Shown: positions 29,749 to 33,102 of the stretch, piece by piece | Layout: each line of letters opens with the position of its first letter | How positions within the stretch are numbered: position 1 is the stretch's first letter | Source of the DNA: an uncultured Thermus sp. | GTDB taxonomy: Bacteria > Deinococcota > Deinococci > Deinococcales > Thermaceae | Length of the DNA stretch: 33,102 nt | NCBI GenBank assembly: GCA_947085095.1 | Contig: CAMTVD010000015.1 | Location: 1-33,102, forward strand | Direction: 5' to 3' | Translations under genes and position numbers: made by a program | The notes under the pieces: model-generated | The model's input: the letters and a program-made list of their open reading frames with translations, nothing else | Database searches by the model: none | Told to the model about the DNA's origin: nothing

Positions 29749-30615
29749 ATGGGGCTTCTTGACCGCATTCGGGCAGGGCTGGGCCGGGGGCTGGACCTCT
29801 TCCGCGACGCGGCTCCCGCCCCCGCGCCCCAGCCGCAGGCGGCCCCTCCCGTGAGGCCCGCCCCCGTGGCCCTGCAGGCCTCGGGATGGTCCTCCCAGTG
29901 GATTGATGAGGAGGACCTCGAGCCCGTGGGCCTGGCCTACCGGCCCGGGGAGTGGTTCGCTTTGGCCCAGATGAGGACCCCGGAGACTACCCACTTCCGC
30001 ATCATGGCGGGGGAAAGGCGGCTGCGCCTCTACTTCCGGGGCCTGAGGCAGGTGTCCGGGCAGAACCTGGGGAGCCCGGCCGCCCGCACCGTGAACCTCC
30101 CCTACCTGGTGGAAACCCCCCAGGGCAAGCCCGGCTTCCCCACTACCTACCACCCGGACGTCACCGTCTGGGCCCAGGTGGGCGGGGTGTGGCAGCGCCT
30201 CACCGTCACCGGCATCAACTACGGCGCGGGCAGCGTGACCTTCACCGAGCCCGCGGGGGTGACCGGGACCATTGAGATCTACTACACCCACGGGGACGGG
30301 CAGATGCGCTTCCGGGTGGCCCGGGACGCGGGGGGGATTGACGAAAGTGCCGCCACCGTCTTCAACCAGTCCTTTGCCACCCTGCACAGCATTGACCAGA
30401 ACAACCTGGAGACCATGATCGCCTGGCCCCATCAGGTGGAGCTGGTGCCGGGTACCCGGCTGGTCTTGGAGGTCTTCACCCAGCAGGTCCCCATGGTCTG
30501 GAACGACCGGGCCGGGCACTACGCGCACATCGCCGCCCTGGCCAGGAGGGTGGAGGTGCTGGACAAGGGGCGGCTGATCTCCCTGGCGGAGATTGAAAAC
30601 CGGGGAGGGCTGTAG
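29749..30615 (+). CDS. Large major capsid protein (P23-77 VP17-like)
   Basis: MGLLDRIR..LGRGLD, FALAQMRTPET, TYHPDV, RVARDAGG, AATVFNQSF and terminal RGGL closely match the recalled VP17 sequence. Confidence 0.93.
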   Translation: MGLLDRIRAGLGRGLDLFRDAAPAPAPQPQAAPPVRPAPVALQASGWSSQWIDEEDLEPVGLAYRPGEWFALAQMRTPETTHFRIMAGERRLRLYFRGLRQVSGQNLGSPAARTVNLPYLVETPQGKPGFPTTYHPDVTVWAQVGGVWQRLTVTGINYGAGSVTFTEPAGVTGTIEIYYTHGDGQMRFRVARDAGGIDESAATVFNQSFATLHSIDQNNLETMIAWPHQVELVPGTRLVLEVFTQQVPMVWNDRAGHYAHIAALARRVEVLDKGRLISLAEIENRGGL

Positions 30616-30623
30616 GAGGGCGC

Positions 30624-30962
30624 ATGTTCGGCCTTAGCCAGAGTTACCCCATCGTCACCACCCCCGCCTTCAGGGGGCCCCTGCTGGACGAGGGGCCTTC
30701 CTCCGGGGCGGGTGAGCCTCCCCTGTGGCAGCAGATCCTGGGGGGCCTGCGCGACTTCGGGAGCATCCTGGACCCCTGGATCCTCACCGAGCAGGAGCGG
30801 GCCCAGTTGGAGCTCCAGAAGGCCCTAGGCGAGGCGCAAAAGGCAAAGGCCCAGGCGGAGATGACTGCCATCGCCAAGGAGAAGGCGGGCCCCAACTGGC
30901 TCCTCATCGCGGGGGCGGTGGCGCTGGGCGGGCTGGTGGTGTACCTGCTTCTGAAGGAGTGA
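30624..30962 (+). CDS. Virion membrane protein (C-terminal TM)
   Basis: AGGAGG RBS, coiled coil followed by a TM helix. Confidence 0.75.
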   Translation: MFGLSQSYPIVTTPAFRGPLLDEGPSSGAGEPPLWQQILGGLRDFGSILDPWILTEQERAQLELQKALGEAQKAKAQAEMTAIAKEKAGPNWLLIAGAVALGGLVVYLLLKE

Positions 30963-30963
30963 G

Positions 30964-31299
30964 ATGGAGGTTCTGGGCTTCCTGGGAAGCGCGCTGGGCG
31001 GCCTCTTCAACTTCCTCGGGGTCTCCCGCCAGGCCCAGGCCGTGGAGGAGGCGGCCCGGGCCCAGGAGCGCTCCACCAGGAACCTGGTGGACGGGGCCAT
31101 CGCCACCTGGGCGGAGTGGCGGCGGGCCCAGGAGGCCGCGGCGGGTGCCGCCAGGGACGCCACCTACTGGCAGCAGACCACCCAGCGCACCCGCATCTAC
31201 TACAACTACCAGGCGGCCCGCATCGGCCAGGCGGCCCTGCTCCTGGTGGCGGGGGCAGGGCTTTTGGGCCTGGCCCTGTGGAGGATGAACCATGAGTAG
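30964..31299 (+). CDS. Virion membrane protein
   Basis: Hydrophobic N- and C-termini with an Ala-rich helix between them. Confidence 0.75.
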   Translation: MEVLGFLGSALGGLFNFLGVSRQAQAVEEAARAQERSTRNLVDGAIATWAEWRRAQEAAAGAARDATYWQQTTQRTRIYYNYQAARIGQAALLLVAGAGLLGLALWRMNHE

Positions 31300-31948
31300 C
31301 GCCACGACCCTTTTAGCGGTGGTGGGAGGCGGCGCCCTGCTCGCGGGCGGGGCCTACTTCTACGCCAAAAGCCAGCCCAAGGCGGAGAAGACCGTGCCCG
31401 GGGCGCCCCCCATGGTGCCCGTGCACCCCGGGGTAACGGGTCAACCCCAGGCGGGCACGGACCGCACCAGCCTCTGCCAGGTCCTCACCGGGTACCGCTC
31501 CCAGCTGCGGCGCTTCCAGGACCTCATGGCGGACGCCCAGAAGAAGATGCGGGACCTGGAAGGGCTTATTGAGGGCGCCTGCCGCACGTACGCCCAGGAG
31601 GCCGTGTACACCTACCGCTGCAACGGGTTCATCATTTGCGGCCTCAACGAGTGGATGGAAGTGACGGGTGTCCAGACGAATCAAAGCGCCTTCAACGCCT
31701 GCGTCGCCTACGCCAAAACGGGAGCGGCGCTGGCCGGGCGAGTCGTGGAAAAGCGGGACGGGATCTACCGGTCCACCTGGCAGGACATTGACCGCATCAA
31801 CGCCCAGATCGCCCAGGCCTACGCCCAGGTGCAGGACCTGAGGACGCAGTACGAGGCCGCTCAGCGCCAGTACGAAGAGGCACGGGCGCAGGCCATGGAG
31901 CTGGAGCGCCGCATCGCCGACCTGGAGGCGCAGGGGGTGTTCTGCTGA
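31292..31948 (+). CDS. Membrane-anchored coiled-coil protein with six Cys
   Basis: N-terminal TM helix. Two heptad regions flank a Cys-containing insert. Confidence 0.78.
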   Translation: MSSATTLLAVVGGGALLAGGAYFYAKSQPKAEKTVPGAPPMVPVHPGVTGQPQAGTDRTSLCQVLTGYRSQLRRFQDLMADAQKKMRDLEGLIEGACRTYAQEAVYTYRCNGFIICGLNEWMEVTGVQTNQSAFNACVAYAKTGAALAGRVVEKRDGIYRSTWQDIDRINAQIAQAYAQVQDLRTQYEAAQRQYEEARAQAMELERRIADLEAQGVFC

Positions 31949-32166
31949 TGGAGTGGAGGGACGTCCTGGACATGGGCCTCGGGGTGGTGGCCTTCGTGGC
32001 CTTCCTCAAGCTGGTCTTCTCAGACGTGGCCGAGCTGAAGGCCGCCGTGCGCCGGCTGGAGGAAGGCCAGGCCCGGGGGAACGTGACCCTGCAGCGCATC
32101 GCCAACGCCACGGAGGCCCTGGCCTACCGCCAGGGGGTCCGACTAAGGAAGGAGAAGGAGGCCTAG
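31948..32166 (+). CDS. Small TM + coiled-coil protein
   Basis: TGATG overlap with the upstream gene. TM helix followed by heptad repeats. Confidence 0.7.
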   Translation: MEWRDVLDMGLGVVAFVAFLKLVFSDVAELKAAVRRLEEGQARGNVTLQRIANATEALAYRQGVRLRKEKEA

Positions 32167-32466
32167 ATGGATGGGAAGACCTTGATCTTGGTACTGATCG
32201 GCGGTGGAGTGGCCGCGTACCTGGCCTATTCCCTGGCAAAAGGGGGACCCAGCTCTGGTACTTCTGGTGGGGAGACTGGAGGGAGTAGTGGGGGCCAGGC
32301 CGCACCCCCGGCGGTGGTGGACTACGGCAATGAACCTGGGGGATTGGCGGGCTTCGGGCTGAGCGACTTGGGGGACAACGCCCTTTGCCGCGTGGCCCCC
32401 AGCCTGTGCTCCTGGTACAACCCTGCCCTTGTGCCCCGCCCTGCTCCCGGGCAGCTCCTCTGGTAG
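32167..32466 (+). CDS. Single-TM Gly/Ser-rich viral protein
   Basis: AAGGAGG RBS and N-terminal TM helix. Confidence 0.7.
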   Translation: MDGKTLILVLIGGGVAAYLAYSLAKGGPSSGTSGGETGGSSGGQAAPPAVVDYGNEPGGLAGFGLSDLGDNALCRVAPSLCSWYNPALVPRPAPGQLLW

Positions 32467-32475
32467 GAGGTGGGG

Positions 32476-32742
32476 ATGAAGGCCTTCTGGGTAGCTGTGG
32501 CTATGGCAGGTGGAGTCCTTGTGGGAATGTGGTGGGCCCGAAAGGGCAAGGAGGCCTCCCCTGCCCCATCCAGCACCCCCAGCGGCGGGGGCACGGTGCG
32601 CTGGGAAGACCGGTCTTCCGGCTACTCCGGAACCACCATGTGCCCCCAGGTGATCGCCACGTGCAAGGACGGATCCGTGGCCTCCACGCCCTGCGGTTGC
32701 GCTAGCCGGGGCGGGGTGGCCGGGCTGGGAGTCACGCTATGA
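32476..32742 (+). CDS. Single-TM protein with small four-Cys domain
   Basis: AGGAGG RBS and CPQVIATCKDGSVASTPCGC motif. Confidence 0.7.
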   Translation: MKAFWVAVAMAGGVLVGMWWARKGKEASPAPSSTPSGGGTVRWEDRSSGYSGTTMCPQVIATCKDGSVASTPCGCASRGGVAGLGVTL

Positions 32743-32966
32743 GCTGGACGGACTTGGTGCCTCCTGGGAGCGTGTGGGCGGCGTGGGCCCTGCAGGCCGT
32801 GGTAGCCCTGGGCGTGGTGGCTCTTCTGGCGGGCCTGCTGGTGCGCCTAGTGGCCGGGATTCCCGTAGTGGGGCCTTTCCTGGCAAGCCTGATCCGCATC
32901 CTGGCCTCGAACTATGAGCGCTGGTTGAGCGAAAGGGTGCCCCGCCTGGCGGAGCAGGCCGTGCTA
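32739..32966 (+). pseudogene. Membrane (holin-like) gene interrupted by an IS
   Basis: ATGA overlap. MSWTDLVPPGSVWAAWALQAVVALGVVALLAGLLVRLVAGIPVVGPFLA...VPRLAEQAVL is followed abruptly by antisense transposase sequence. Confidence 0.65.
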
Positions 32967-33102
32967 AGTACCCTCCCCCAAGATTTTCAACTCCACACCC
33001 CCCAGGGCCTTGAGGGCCTGAACCACCGCCTCCCTAAGCTCCTCAACCCCCCCGTAGTGCCGCCGAGGCATCAAAAACCCCTTCACCCGCCGCCACACAC
33101 CC
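32964..33102 (-). mobile_element. IS630-family insertion sequence, transposase C-terminus (partial)
   Basis: Minus frame GVWRRVKGFLMPRRHYGGVEELREAVVQALKALGGVELKILGEGT* fits the IS630 (NPIE)xxWxxxK tail. The stop codon falls at a CTA/TA junction. Confidence 0.72.

Larger units (their letters stand above)
17236..33102. mobile_element. Integrated P23-77/phiIN93-like provirus (Matsushitaviridae; tailless icosahedral, internal membrane). Right end lies outside the window.
   Basis: att fragment, integrase, repressor, Rep, packaging ATPase and two capsid proteins recognisably similar to P23-77 VP16 and VP17. No terminase, portal or tail genes are seen. Confidence 0.93.

Noticed and set aside
29143..30528. 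461-aa minus-strand ORF
   Set aside because: Antisense shadow of the two capsid genes.

Overview
High-GC Thermus-type chromosomal window with two halves. Positions 1-17.2 kb are ordinary core genome: the 5' end of a 16S rRNA gene with its promoter, nrdR, an SDR, a macro-domain protein, an AAC(6')-like GNAT, an Ig-domain lipoprotein, dcd, cyclophilin, hisZ-hisG-trmH, ilvE, oxyR with a divergent Mn-catalase, dprA, era, a hexapeptide acetyltransferase, a ThiF/MoeB enzyme, citrate synthase, an RlmI-like methyltransferase, sppA and an RDD protein. From 17236 to the window end lies an integrated tailless, internal-membrane virus of the P23-77/phiIN93 group (Matsushitaviridae, formerly Gammasphaerolipovirus). 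Its left end is a 45-bp tRNA-Ile 3' fragment (att core). It carries a tyrosine integrase, an XRE-S24 repressor/Cro-like switch, a plasmid-type Rep, an amidase, a packaging ATPase and two single-jelly-roll capsid proteins (VP16- and VP17-like). The most interesting element is a lower-GC four-gene cassette coupled between repressor and integrase: a membrane-anchored Mrr-family nuclease, a small acidic protein, an MNT-like protein and a HEPN protein, a candidate provirus-encoded defence or superinfection-exclusion system. Other signals read directly from the sequence are repeated TAGC-N8-GCTA operators, an inverted-repeat-flanked AT-richer patch inside rep, two near-identical non-canonical late-promoter elements, an unannotated 15-aa Lys/Arg peptide gene, an internally deleted PIN toxin and an IS630-like insertion into a late membrane gene. 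All family assignments come from motif recognition and recalled sequences, not database searches.
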